Assembly: GCA_951406725.2 (NCBI GenBank)
Contig: OX597816.1
Coordinates: 90,396,001 to 90,460,000 of the forward strand
From: Octopus vulgaris
Lineage: Eukaryota
Direction: 5' to 3'
Length of the DNA stretch: 64,000 nt
Both the position numbers and the translations under genes were made by a program. Of the stretch, positions 37,904-50,823 are shown piece after piece. The notes under the pieces are model-generated. The model searched no databases. It worked only from the letters and a program-made list of their open reading frames with translations, and was not told where the DNA came from. Numbering within the stretch: position 1 is the first letter of the stretch; each line of letters starts with the position of its first letter.

Positions 37904-40281
37904 TTAAGGCAGATTTGGCTGCTATTTCTTGCAAGTTGAGCAACTTCTTCATTAGTTCAGATTACAAAGTTCTCTTTTGTTGGCTCAAACGATTTTTTTC
38001 TCTACAGGTATTTACACTGATTGTTATTTGCATTGTTTATTAACGATTACCATATTTCTGTTGAAAAACATAGTTTTTTTTAATTAATTTTGAAAATAAT
38101 GAAGGATTTAATAAAATAATTTTGTCATTATGAAGTTAATGTTTGGAACATAAATTAATTATGAAATTTTGATTGAAGATTTTAACTTAGATCACACTAA
38201 AGCATGAAGTTTCTATAATAGTACTAAGGGTTGTCTCAAATGCATTGATATCTTGTTTTTCAAGATATTCATTAGTATAGATTTTCCAAATCCTTAAATT
38301 ATGTTTTAAAATTCATGTTTGCACCTAGATGCATATTTTGGTGCACTAAGAACCACTGTCTTAATGCATGAATTAGGAGTCCTGCAGTCTTTGTGACCTT
38401 TCTGGTAGGTCAGCAACAAAGATAATGATGTCAATCCATTTTAATAGCACCTTATTCTTATTTTATCCAACCTTTGGAACAATCTTGAAATAACTCAAAT
38501 GTTCAACCTCCAAATGGGCCCTCCTTGACAATCAGGAAACTTTATTTTTTGAATTGCTGATATTAATCCAATTAGAGGAATAAAGGAAAATTTACACGTG
38601 GAATTTGCAAACACAAGACATTCACAAGTTGTGGAAAAGTTCTGTAATTGACCATAGATTTTGGTATTAGAAGAAAAATATTTGACAGAGTACAAGTAAT
38701 TCCAAACTATATACGAGAAGTTTGAAACTTTGAAATCAAGAGTAATATTTGTAGAAAGAGCGAAGTGGGTTCAAACAAATGCTTTTATGTATGAACGATT
38801 TGATAGGTTTGGAAATGAAAGTTATTCCTCATAATATACCAGTAAGAGTGAAAAATAAAAATCATAAAAGTAACTTTTAGTTTATTGTTGGTGAAGAGAA
38901 TTTGCTTCCTAGAGTGTAACTTGTTAAAAACTTCTTGTTTGTAAAATCTTATTTTATCTTTACAAACACTTTATTCATGACTTCTGATATGCTTGTTTCC
39001 TACATCAGATTGCTCCTATTTGGATATTGTCATGTCAAAGTTGAACTGTATATGATAAATTTTGCTATTCAAAAAGCAGCTAGAAAGAACTAAAACCTGG
39101 AAAGGCCATGCTTATCCTGAAATTATAGGCTTTTTTCATTAACAAGCTTCATATGTAAAACTTTTCAATGAACGATTAATGATCAGTTGGTTTCTTGAAC
39201 AGAACAGTATCTTTATTGATTTTGTATATTTCAGAGTCTTTGAAACTTAAGATTATCTGACTTGCTTGGAGACATACATTTTGTGATGCCTTATTAGCAA
39301 AAAACACGGAGTATCTGAATTCTTTGATGTAGAAAAGTTTCTTACAGTATAAATTTACATGGCAACACAACAAATTTATGTTTCATTGTATTGACCAGAC
39401 TATAGGATGTCATACATCACTGGTCACAATGTGCATTGTAGCTTTCAAATGATGGCACCTTGTTGGCTTGATGGGTAGGCTGACATTCCCACTAAATGGA
39501 ATAGCAATCTATCACAGGGTTACCCATTTACTGCTGAGTGGATAGGAGCAACATCAAATGAAGTGTTTTGCTCAAGAACACAACATGCCACAAGTCTGGG
39601 AAATGAAATCACTATCTTGCAATCATGTGTGCAGTACCTTAACCACTAGGCCATGCATCTTAGTACATGTGTGTAATTGTAAACTTTTTTTAACAGCAGT
39701 TGGGAGTTTCTAGTGTAGCAGGACTTTTGTTTTTCATACCCTGTTTAACTCGAAAATTATCAAATTAACTGAATTCTTAATCATATCAGTATTTTTGTAT
39801 ACTGATGCAGAAAAACATAGTAAACATCTATATTATCTTGCTTCACAATGGTTTCAAATTTTCTAAAACTGAGAAGATTGTGTATACATTTTTGTAATGT
39901 TCCTTCACTATGAATGCCAATTTATTGAGTTCCATTGTGCTTAAACACTTTAAATTAGTATTGCATAGCAAACATTTACTCTGTATTTGCAGAGGGAAGT
40001 GAATTAAACTTTTTAACATAGTGTTTTTGTTTCAAAATTTAAAATCTATTGCAATTTATAGCTCTGATTAAACCTCATTTTTCATCTGATAAGTTTCAAG
40101 ATAGATAGGAGCTTGTTTTTTACTCATACTATATGTGTGTTTGCGTGTAAGACAAAAATTGAATTCATAATTGATTTCAATTTTCATGTTGAATACTGAA
40201 AATAAAGAAGCTGAAATTTAGATTTATGCAAATTTTCAAAGATTTATTATCTTTTTCTAAGAATTTATATTTTCTTTATAG

Positions 40282-41075
40282 GCCTGTTCACTTCTGAAAC
40301 TGGTAACATTTCTCATAAATATGATCTGGCTGCTGTTCCTGATGATTCAGCTTTCTCCATTTGGGGTGCAATTTACCTGTCAGAAGCATTGTGGCTTTTG
40401 TATGCAATCACAACTGTATTTCGATCAACTTCCAAAGGACCTTTATATGTTTCGTGTAATGTGATGCCTTCGCAAATGCTTATTGGTTTTATACTTAACT
40501 GTATTATCAATATAATTTGGTTAATTGCGTTCGACAGAGAAAAAATTCTTTATTCTGGTATCATTATTTCCTTCCTTCCATTATGCCTTATATACTGCCT
40601 TGTCCTTTCTCATAGAAGATTGCATTCTTATTCTGTCTTCATGATTAAAGAGTCTTTGCTTTTTGATATTTGGATTAATCGTTTCTTAGTCCAAAATGGT
40701 ATTGCCGTAAATGCTACATGGGTATCTATTGCAACATGTTTGAACTTCGGAATGGTTCTTACCTATGTTTATGATGTCAAAGAAGAAATTTCTAGCATTA
40801 TTGTTCTGATGATGGTGTCAATTGGAACCCTGTTATATACTTGCTTTGATTACAAGCGCAAGCTTACCCACTATACAGTGACACCATATATGGTTGTTAG
40901 CTGGGCTACAGTTGGCGTACTGCTTAAACATGCTTCAGAAACTTCTTGGACTAATATTACTATATTGTCTGTTGTTCTCCTGGTTTGTACTTGCATTGTG
41001 TTGGGGTTCAAAGTCTTCTCCATTTTATTTCCATTAAAAACTGATCGTAAAAGTAAGGCAAAGAAAAGTTCTTAA
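40282..41075 (+). CDS. Terminal coding exon of the multi-pass membrane protein (spliced product ~300 aa)
   Basis: tttatag|GC in phase with the previous exon and in frame with ORF 40389-41075. GLFTSETGNISHKYDLAAVPDDSAFSIWGAIY, about 7 further hydrophobic segments, NGIAVNATWVSIATCLN, basic tail. Resembles the TspO-like FSIWxxIY membrane family. Confidence 0.88.
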
Positions 41076-44000
41076 ATATGAATGTCCATTGAAATGAGAG
41101 GACAAATAAATCTCGCAACTAAATATAAGAAAATATTTTTTTAGTACAAATTCTTTTTACTAAGAATATCTTTAATTTTATATTTTACTGATACTTATTT
41201 ATAAAACACATTGGAGTGGCAGCTGAACTTAAAACTATAAGGGCCTAAACTATTTTCGAAAAAACTTCTTTTTATATATGTATGTTGATTCCATTGCTCT
41301 CAAAAATGGAAAAAGCTACATTTTTCTAAGTCAATATATCCAATAAGTACAAATCATTATTTCTCAAGGTACTTGTCATACATTTTTTTAAACATGCTTG
41401 TAGTTATTACAAGCACCCAAGTCTTAACATTTTAACAATCTAAAAGTTATAAGAATAATAAATTGGATGTCTTCTATGTTGATTGCCCATCATCTGGTAC
41501 AGTATCAAAAATTACAGATTCAATGCTTTAGAAAGCTAAATTTCTATACATGTTCATCATAGTGATACTAAATTATCATTAAGATTACTTCTAACTTTAA
41601 AGATACATCATCAAAATGCCTTTTGAATTTCATTCACTCGAACTTTTAATCTCAGTACATTGATTAAAATATAAAATTTATACTAAATTAGATTATATTT
41701 TTCCACTGAAAATTGTATAATTTTTTTTTTTTTTTAATTTTCATATAATAAGCGAACTGAAAAATTAAACAGAATGATATTTTGCTATGTAAAGTTTTAG
41801 AATCCAGTATTATACATTGAAATCATTTTTGTAATCACATGAAAAAGGGCTTTTCATTACAGATAACTCATTAATATAAATTTGTGACAAAAACACTTAT
41901 AGATTGTGTCTTTTAAAACGTTTTAAGTAATTTAATATACTACTCATTGTTTCAAGGATACTTGTGGATCATACTGTTACTATGTCTCAATTATCATGTG
42001 TAACTTTTCTTATTGAACTGTTTTCACTGTGTTTTAAAAGAACTAAAGTTTGTATATAGACTGACTTTTGCACTTTTTTACATTTTCATAATCAAACTTT
42101 CCATAACAAAATTGCATTAGTTTTTCTCATTTTTATGTAGTAATTTTTTAAATAAAAAAGTTATTAAACATTTTATTATATTGTTTTGTTCTTGTTTTTT
42201 TTTCCTCCTCTTATTTGTGAATCTACATAAGTATTTAAATATAAGTATCTTAGAATTCACTGTGAAAGGATTTTTTGTATTTCAGTCTATTCAATAAAAT
42301 GATCTCCAGAAAGCATCTTGAAAATCTTTTGAGAATCAAACCAGTTACTTGATATGATCAAAAGTATTATTCTTCAATAGGTAATAATCTCTATTTCATG
42401 AAGAGATCAGCAAGAACCAGTCTACTTCTGGTCATAACTATGAAAGGAATTGAACTTTCTGCTGTTATTTTCAGTGAAGGTTGTCAAAGTAGCACTGCAC
42501 TGTGTGTTACAAGATATGAATCACTGATAGCTTAGTATACTTTCAACTCAGGACCGTTATGTAGTGATTCCCAAATGATTGATCAAAGCTTACCAATGTC
42601 ACAAAAATATTGCTAGGTGTGTTGTGAAAATAAAATTAGATTTAAAAATTGTGAAAACTACAAAATAGAATTCTAAATATAGTCTTTAATGGTGATTCAT
42701 TTATTGAATATAGTAATAGGTTATTTTCTGTAGTGTTTTTTATAGGCATAATCTTTTTGTTTTACTTGTTTCAGTCATTTGACTGCAGCCATGCTGGGGC
42801 ATCGTCTTCAATTTTTAGTCGAATGAATCAACCCCAGTATTTATATTTTATTTTGAGCATGGTACTTATTCTATCAGTCTCTTTTGCCCAACTGCTAAGT
42901 TACAGAGACATAAACACACCAATACCGGTTGTCAAGTGGTGATGGAGGGACAAACATACACATATGACAAGCTTCTTTCAGTCTCCGTCTACCAAATCCA
43001 TTCACAAGGCTACAGTCGCCCTGAGGCTATAGTAGAAGATGCCCAAGGTGCCAGACAGTGGGACTGAACCTGGAACCTTGTAGTTGGAAAGGAAGCTTAA
43101 CTGTTTTATTTTTATTAGAGTATTTTGTTCTAAAAAGCCATGAGCCAAAACTCAAAAGTTGTGTGAACCACTGCTCCAGATCTTATGTTTATATTAAAGC
43201 ATCTGTACCAGCAACATGTGAGAGCACCCAACACACTCAGTAAAGTGGTTGGCACTAGGAAGGGCATCTAGCTGTAGAAACCAAGCCAAATTGGACAGAA
43301 ATCTTGGGCAGCTCTCCTGCCTGTTAGCTCAGGTCAAACTGTCTAACCCATGAAAAACATTAAAGGATGATGATTAATTAGCTAAGTATTGCAACTTAAT
43401 TCTACACATAAACCCAGGAAGACATGGAATGAGATGGTGAAGAATGATCTTGAACTTTGAACCTCACAGAGGCGATGACTAGTGACTGAGACTTTTTGTG
43501 ATGTGCTCTGCTTAAGAGGACCCATCAAGCTAATTGCACCTGTAAAAAAATAATCAACCTTTGAACGTTGGATCTCATGGAGATAAAGTGGATGAGCCCC
43601 TTTCGAGTGTTGGTCCTCACTGAGGCAATGACCGAGACCTTTGGCATTATGTCATGCTTGAGAAGACCCATCAAGCTGAGCAAAATCTCAGTTGTGGCAG
43701 ATACTTGGGTCATGCAAATAGCACCTGTGCTGGTGGTACATAACAGCACCCATTACACTCTCGGAGTTGTTGATGTTAGGAAGGGCATCCAGCTATAGCA
43801 CCATGCCAAATAAGATTGGAGTCTGGCACAGCATACCAGCCCAATTAAACTGTCCAACTCATACCAGCATGGACAATGGACATTAAATAATGATGAAAAT
43901 TGCATTTGATTCTACTTTTTCTTTCAAAACTACATTTTCCTACAGTGACAAGGTATAAGCCAAAAGGAAAATTAATCTAATGGAAATATTTTTAAAGTGT

Positions 44001-46306
44001 TGGTGCAATTGTTTAGGGATATAGACTGAATTAAAGCTTTATACAGGCTGTTGCTCACTGAAGCTTTAATTGTATTGTAACAGTTTGCATAATTTGATGT
44101 TTTTAAATACATTTCTCAGTAATATTGATTTTAATACAAAACTTACTTTTGTGAATGCAAAAGCACGATATAGGTAAGATTCATCTATTTCATTCAAATA
44201 TCAAAGTCTAAATGTGTAAAGATGATCATGAAAGTATACTAAAAGATCAACATGAAATCTTCAGTCACTGTATTTTGTTTGGAAGCAAGTTTATTTAAGA
44301 TAAATAGTTGATGAATAAATGAAAAATATAAAAGTAAAAAAAATAAAAAATTAATTTCAGAAAACATACAACAGGAGTTAACTCCTTGTTTATGATGATA
44401 TCATTTTAATTTGTAACTGAACAAGACCTGGATAAATGAAGCAGTTAACATTAATCATATCCCATATGTTATCTCCCCTTAGCTATAATTACCTTAACAT
44501 GTTTGGTAAAAGACCTATTCTGCATATGAATAGCGTTCGAATCTGATCAGTGAATGTTATGGATTCAAATTCACTAGAAATAAATAAATATAATATCTGG
44601 TTAAAAGGCGTCCCTTTTATTAATATCAACAAAGATTAAAAAAGAGTTTAAAAAAATCTATGGTTCCAGTAGATGTTCCCAAAGAATCAGTGCATGTATA
44701 GATTTGAAAGACATGATCTGGTAAACATTCCATTTAATGCCAGATGTGAAAATTTAAGTAGCAAAACATTTCTCATGGTGCTTGGAGGCCACAAGGAATG
44801 TATGTAAATGTCATACTTCAACTTTACATTGCATTTGGCCTGATCAGAAACCCTAAAGTGGAATATCCAAATCTGTTGATTCACCTTAATGTTTGGATGA
44901 TTTGAAAAATAGCATGAAAAATGCATAATAAAAGTGAAAATTCTGATATATATATGGAAAATTAATAATGCAAAACTGTCACCATAGATACGAAAGGAAG
45001 CACCATACTTCCTCTTTCTATTTCTGAATATGTAGGGCACTTTCTTGTCCTTGTCTATAAACTTAGGCAGACTCTAACTTGGTGTATTGTCAGGTTGTTC
45101 ATTTTACCCTTGTTGGCATTTTTTTTTTTTACTACCACATCCAGAAATAGAGATTATATTCATTCTGTACAATGTATTGACTTGTGCTGAGTGAAAAAAT
45201 ACATGACCAATATGATGTAGAAAAGAACATGGTAGTGTACTCGTGTCATTCACAATGCCTGTAGCTGCTATCCAAAACAGTGATGGGTTGAAAACGTGGT
45301 TTGTCTTGTTTAATTTTAAGTGCAGCAAAAACTATAATAATTAGTATGTATCATTTTAGCAATTTAGTTTTGAGTAGAAAATGATTTATAGAGCAATACA
45401 AAAGAAATCCGACTGATAGTTACTTATTGCCTATGTAAAGATTGATATAAAACAAGATCACATAATACATATACCATTCATAAATTCATTTGGATAATAT
45501 ACAACAAGAACATAAGTGAACTGATGAAATAAAGGTTAATTTAAAAACAACAGCTTCAGTGTAAATCAGTGAAAGTGATGAAAAGAAGAGATGTGTAGGA
45601 TGCTGTGATACTGTTTTGAAAGTAGTGATATCAAACAAAGCCATTGATAGTAATTATCAAGCCACTATTGTGGCTTGAATGATTTATCACATATAATAAA
45701 AAGGATAAAAGTTATCCCACAATGGTTCTTGTAAAAGTCGAAGATTTATTTACAGGCAGCTATTAAATTCTAAACATTTTTTTCACACAGAAAAGCTGTA
45801 TAACAACATGTGTAAATAAGATTTAATAACAACATACAAGTTGCTATTTAGTGAGGTTGCAAGGTTTGGATATCACCATGGTGTGGAACATTACTCCCAT
45901 ATCTGAGTTACTGATGAGCCAAATCAAATTTGAAAAAAAAAAAAATTTTTTTTTCAATATCTGGTTAACAGATAACAAGTAGCTTCCTCGGTCTTTTCTC
46001 TTGTTAGCAGTAAAAAAAAAAGTTGTCATTCTACATTTATCACTCCTCCAAGACATTGCATCAAACAAAATGCATTTCTCAGGAATTTATGACTTTGGAA
46101 TGCCTTTCCTATACATGTTACCTACTACACTTCTACAAAATTAACATCAGCTAAGGGGTTTTCGTCTGGTGAGATACTTGTCTGATCCTTCTCTAGGAAG
46201 TAATAAATAAAACATCTTACATGTTTTATTTATTTACATTACAGTTATGTTCCAACCTATATTTTAGAAGGTAGAAAAGGTCCGTTTGGCTAACACAATT
46301 GTTTAA

Positions 46307-46504
46307 CACTTTCAAAACCAGCATTACCAACAGTATTTAATATAATTAATCTTAAAATGCTACACTTTGTGATGTATAGCAAAAACTGCTGTTAATACTC
46401 TTCTTAAAATTTCAGTGAGAAATTATTTGTAGTTCTAAATCTATATAGGTGTATTTTAATTATTATCAAAACAGTTTAAAATGCTGGAGGTGACAAAGAA
46501 AGGG
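46307..46504. mobile_element. TTAA-flanked piggyBac-type MITE just downstream of the JmjC stop codon
   Basis: TTAA|CACTTTC..CCAGCATT ... AATGCTGG..GAAAGGG|TTAA. Confidence 0.55.
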
Positions 46505-46572
46505 TTAAATGGAATTCATGCTCATTCGCATCTGACTGACACCAGCATGAAGTCCTTTACACTGTAAAGTCA

Positions 46573-46773
46573 TTACATATCATCTTGCATATAGCGTAAA
46601 TACTTTTCATGATTTGCTTCATAGCTGTGAGATTGGTATTGGCCTTCACAGGTTTGTAGTTGCTTAAAAGATGTACCAGACAAGGTTTGAAGTACATAAT
46701 CTCCAATGTCAAAGGAATATAATTCATTCCAGGAGAGGCGACCATCATGGTTGCTGTCAATTATGTTGAGAAA
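46573..46773 (-). CDS. JmjC-EF-hand gene, terminal exon
   Basis: ttttccttcag|TTT, phase 0. Encodes FLNIIDSNHDGRLSWNELYSFD...YLRYMQDDM*, with a canonical EF-hand loop DSNHDGRLSWNE. Confidence 0.85.
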   Translation of the reverse strand, partial: FLNIIDSNHDGRLSWNELYSFDIGDYVLQTLSGTSFKQLQTCEGQYQSHSYEANHEKYLRYMQDDM

Positions 46774-47504
46774 CTGAAGGAAAAGAAAATAACCAGTTTA
46801 ATAAAAAATCTAACTAAAAACATTAAAAAAATATTTTGTAATTTGACTAGATGGTTTTTAAGATACTTTTACACAGTACAGGATATTCTTAATATTTTCA
46901 ATGTAAACTATAAAATATACAAATTTTAACTCTGCCTCATGAATCTTGGACACCAAAATTCACCATAAGGATTTTTGTTTAGAAAATTGCAAATATTTTC
47001 TTGTTACATCATTATCCTCATTATCATTTAACATCTATGTTTCATGCTGGCTTGGATTCGATCCAAGTGGGTCCAAGGACTGCATCATACTCCAGTGTCA
47101 GTTTTAGCATGGTCTCTATGGCTGGATGTCCTTCCTAAAGCCAACCACTTTAAAACATGTACTGGGTGCATTTTTGTGCTACCAGTTCTAGTGAGGTTGT
47201 CATGCAGCTTGCAAGACTACAAACCCTGAGAGGTTTAATAATAATTTAATAACATATTTGATCAATCTCTTATGATAAAATAAGCGCTAGACAAAGTAAT
47301 GGGGTCAGTATGTTTGACTAAAACCCTTGAAGGCTGTACCCCAGCGTCGCCACAGCCTAATGACTGAAAGCATTAAAAAGAAATTTTTAAATAATTAAAA
47401 AAAAATTTTAAGAAGAGGTTTACTTCATTAAGAAGTGATCCATACATACAAGCATGTCCACTCATTCCTCTCTGGGCTGAGAGAGCCTACTCTTGTGGGA
47501 ATGT

Positions 47505-47685
47505 AGGTGCTGGTGCTATGTAAAAGCACTCATGCTGGTACCACATAAAAGCACCCATGCCAATTCCACATAAAAGCACCTGTGCCGGTACCATGTAAAA
47601 GCACCCATGCTGGTGCCATGGAAAAGCGCATGTGCTGGTGTCATGGAAAAGCGCATGTGCTGGTGTCACATTAAAAGCTCTCAGT
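47505..47685 (+). repeat. ~25-bp minisatellite (about 7 units) inside an RTE 3' UTR
   Basis: Degenerate units of GCACCCATGCTGGTGCCATGTAAAA, directly followed by the RTE tail block. Confidence 0.85.
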
Positions 47686-48584
47686 ACACTCTGAAAAGTG
47701 GTTGGCATTAGGAAGGCGCATTCAGTCATAGAAACCATGTAAAGCAAACAATAGAGCCTGCTGCAGCTTTCTAGCTTGCCAGCTCCTTTCAAACCCAACC
47801 CATGCCAACATGGAAGACAGATATTAATTGACGATGATGAATGATTTATAAGCAGTCTTGGTGATGAGAGGTTTTTGTTTATTTTTAGATCACTTGAAAT
47901 AAAATTCATTCTCTTTATGTTTTTGGTATACTTCTAACCAGGATATCATATCAACTACTTTACAGAGCTTTGCAGACAAAATTCATTCATTATTTTCATC
48001 ACCATTTGAGTCAAATACACTACATGCACTCTGTAAAGTGGTTGGCATTAGGAAGGGGCATCCAGTCATAGGAACCATGCTAAAGCAAACAATGGAGTGT
48101 GGTGCAGCTCTCTGGTTTGCCAGCTCCTAGGTGCATTTCTAGTTACTTAATTTTCAAAGGAATCAAATTTTGATACTAAATTAGTTTGACTGATGTCCAT
48201 TTATGTATTTACCATAGGAAGAAAAGTAATATGTAATTGTGATATGCAAACACACAGATATAAGAGAACAGAGAAGAGGCAAATCAATACAGCCATTGAA
48301 TGAAAAGAATTTCTAATATACATTAAATAACACCAAAAGTATTGTGATGGAAGATCTGCAGAGATTGGGTTTTCATGTGAAATATTTGACACAAATGGTG
48401 ATGAAAATAATGAATAAATTTTGTCTGAAAAGCTCTGTAAAGTAGTTGGTATGATATCCTGGTTAGAAGTATACCAAAAATGAAATTAGATTATAAAAAT
48501 TTGTTTTGTTCAAATTTCCCAATATTACCATTACCAAAATTTTAAATGGATTTGAGGAGCAAATATATTAACATTTTTATATAC

Positions 48585-48681
48585 CTGAATCCGTGATTCT
48601 TCATCAAACTTAGAAATTTCTGAAAAGAATTCTTTATTGCTGACTGTTTCTTTATTAGCCCATTTAGAAAGCAATTTGGAC
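48585..48681 (-). CDS. JmjC-EF-hand gene exon
   Basis: ttccag|G...CAG|gtata, 97 nt, phase 2/0. Encodes (R)SKLLSKWANKETVSNKEFFSEISKFDEESRIQ and bridges the flanking exons exactly. Confidence 0.8.
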
Positions 48682-48744
48682 CTGGAAAATTTATTTAAAA
48701 TATTTTGAAAAGTTAATAGAATACTCAAATTGAAAATAAATTTT

Positions 48745-49420
48745 TACAATACCAACAACACTTCACAAGATGTAACCTCATCTAATCCCAGAGAACTGAA
48801 CTCCTTTCCTTTAGTAGTTCATCAGGCTATAAAATGCTAACCTTTCTTTACCCACTTTCTACATCTCCCTTCATCTATTCAACTTTGTTGTGGCATATGT
48901 ACAACAATTACTTCTGGAAATTTCTCCTTTACCATAGTTTTTCTCTTAATAACAAGCATCGGTTTTAATTTACTACTATCAGCTATACAAGAAAAAGTTA
49001 TAGAAAATTTGTTTTCCTCATGTTGGTATATTTTGCCAGTAATGACTTTTCTTGTATTAGGTTTCCAGTATGTGTCTCTGGCAAGTAAAGATTAAGAAAT
49101 GTTTTGTCCATACTAGCATTTCATTAATTTGTAATCGGCAAATGGAAGAAAGTTACACGATAACCAGTAATCTTTTTTTACCTGCTGATTACAAATTAAG
49201 AAAATACTAGTATGCAATCATCTGGATCAGAAGGCAGCCGTTATGCAACCTTCATTCTCTGTTGAAGTGCTACATCATTCCGTCTCATGAACCTTGTGCA
49301 TCTTTTGGCACTTATCTTAAAATCCAAAATTCTGTCCTTGGATTTCTTATGTGCAAAGATTCAAATGGCATAAATTATACATTTGCTATCTCAACATTTT
49401 GATTTCCAAGTACCCATACA
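48745..49420 (-). mobile_element. Degenerate pogo/Tigger transposase fragment
   Basis: Minus strand: RNDVALQQRMKVA*RLPSD and ADSSKLKPMLVIKRKTMVKEKFPEVIVVH..*IDE, matching the pogo ADGxKLxPxxIFKRKT..GWMDE motif. Confidence 0.7.
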
Positions 49421-49555
49421 TTAACTTTTTCTACCTGGTCAGCTCCTGTCAACTGTCCTACCCATGCATGCATGGAAGATGGACGTTAAACAATGATGAT
49501 GTTTTCTCACAAAAACATGAAGAACTTTAAAGTCAGAAATAATCAGCTGTATGTA

Positions 49556-50823
49556 CAAGGGTTGAACAAAATAATGGAAACACCTAGCATCATAGCATCA
49601 TAATTTTGAAATATCTATAAAATCGTCAAAAGCTTGTTTATTTTTATGTTTTTTGATTTATTATTAGTGTAGCTTAATGTTTTGCTAAAATTGCTGTTTC
49701 TTTTCAGACATCATTAGAAAAAGGTAATTAAAATTCTTTAAAATGACAGATCTATTGTACTCTCAAAGAGGTCAAATTGTTGGTGCTTGTATAGCAGGAG
49801 CTACTGTAATGAAAACAGTTGAAATGTTTGCTGTATCAAGAAGTACTGTCTCGAAAGTAATGACAGCCTTTGAGAAAGAGGGAAAAACTTCGTCATTGAA
49901 ACAAAACTCAGGAAGAAAAAAAAAACTTTCAGATAAGGACTTAGGTACTCTTATGTGAATTGTTAGAAAGGATCACAAAAGTACAGCTCCCAAAATTACT
50001 GCAGAGCTTAATGACCACCTCAAGAACCCAGTTTCCACAAAAGCTGTTCGCTGGGAGCTGCACAAAGCTGGATTTCACGGGAGGGCTGCAATCACTACTT
50101 TCAAAAACAAATGTTGCAAAGTGTTTACAGTGGAGTAAAAACCTACAGAATTGGTCCCTAAAGCAGTGGAAGAATGTTATTTTCTCAGACAAGTCACCCT
50201 TTACCTTATTTCAGACCACAAGCCGAGTATACATGTGGAGGCAGCCAAAAGAAGAATTTGACCCAGACTGCCTTCTTCCAACTGTTAAACATGGAGGAGG
50301 ATCTGTGATGATCTGGGGGGGGGGTCTATATCTTAGAAATCTCCTGGCCCAATGGTTTCCCTTCATAGCAGAATTAATAGTCAAGACTATTTAAGCATTT
50401 TATCTTATCAAATTCATCCTATGGTTGCAGAACTGTTTCCAGAGGGAAACGCAATCTTTCAGAATGATTATGTACCAATTCACACAGCTAAAGTTTTTAC
50501 TGAATGGCATGAGAAACATTCTAGTGAAGTTGAACATCTTATCTGGCCACCACAGTCCCCAGATCTCAATATTACTGAACATTTATGGTGCATTTTAGAA
50601 AAACAAGTAAGGAGTGGATATCCTCCACCATCATCACTACAAGAACTGGAGACTGTTTTAGCTGAAGAATGGACAAAAATTCCTTTGGAAACAATTCAAA
50701 CTTTGTATGAGTCCATACTTCATGGAATTCAAGCTGTAATTACTGCCAAAGGCAGTCTTACCCCATATTAAAATAAATTTGTTTGAAATTTTAAGGTATT
50801 TCCATTATTTTGTCCAACCTCTG
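49556..50823 (+). mobile_element. Full-length but inactivated Tc1-family transposon
   Basis: TA|CAAGGGTTGAACAAAATAATGGAAACACCT ... AGGTATTTCCATTATTTTGTCCAACCTCTG|TA (30-bp TIR, TA TSD). Transposase 49743-50771 is split by a stop and frameshifts: WKNVIFSD, TVKHGGGSVMIWG, WPPQSPDLNITEHLW. Confidence 0.95.

Noticed and set aside
45911-45940. CTGATGA...GAAA in the JmjC 3' region
   Set aside because: No convincing stem II, stem I or cleavage triplet; a chance match.
46557-46760. ORF-track 67-aa minus-strand ORF
   Set aside because: Wrong frame. The real exon (46773-46573) uses another frame that encodes the EF-hand.
47505-47685. CRISPR-like appearance of the 25-bp repeats
   Set aside because: The units are contiguous without unique spacers, there are no cas genes, and the context is eukaryotic.
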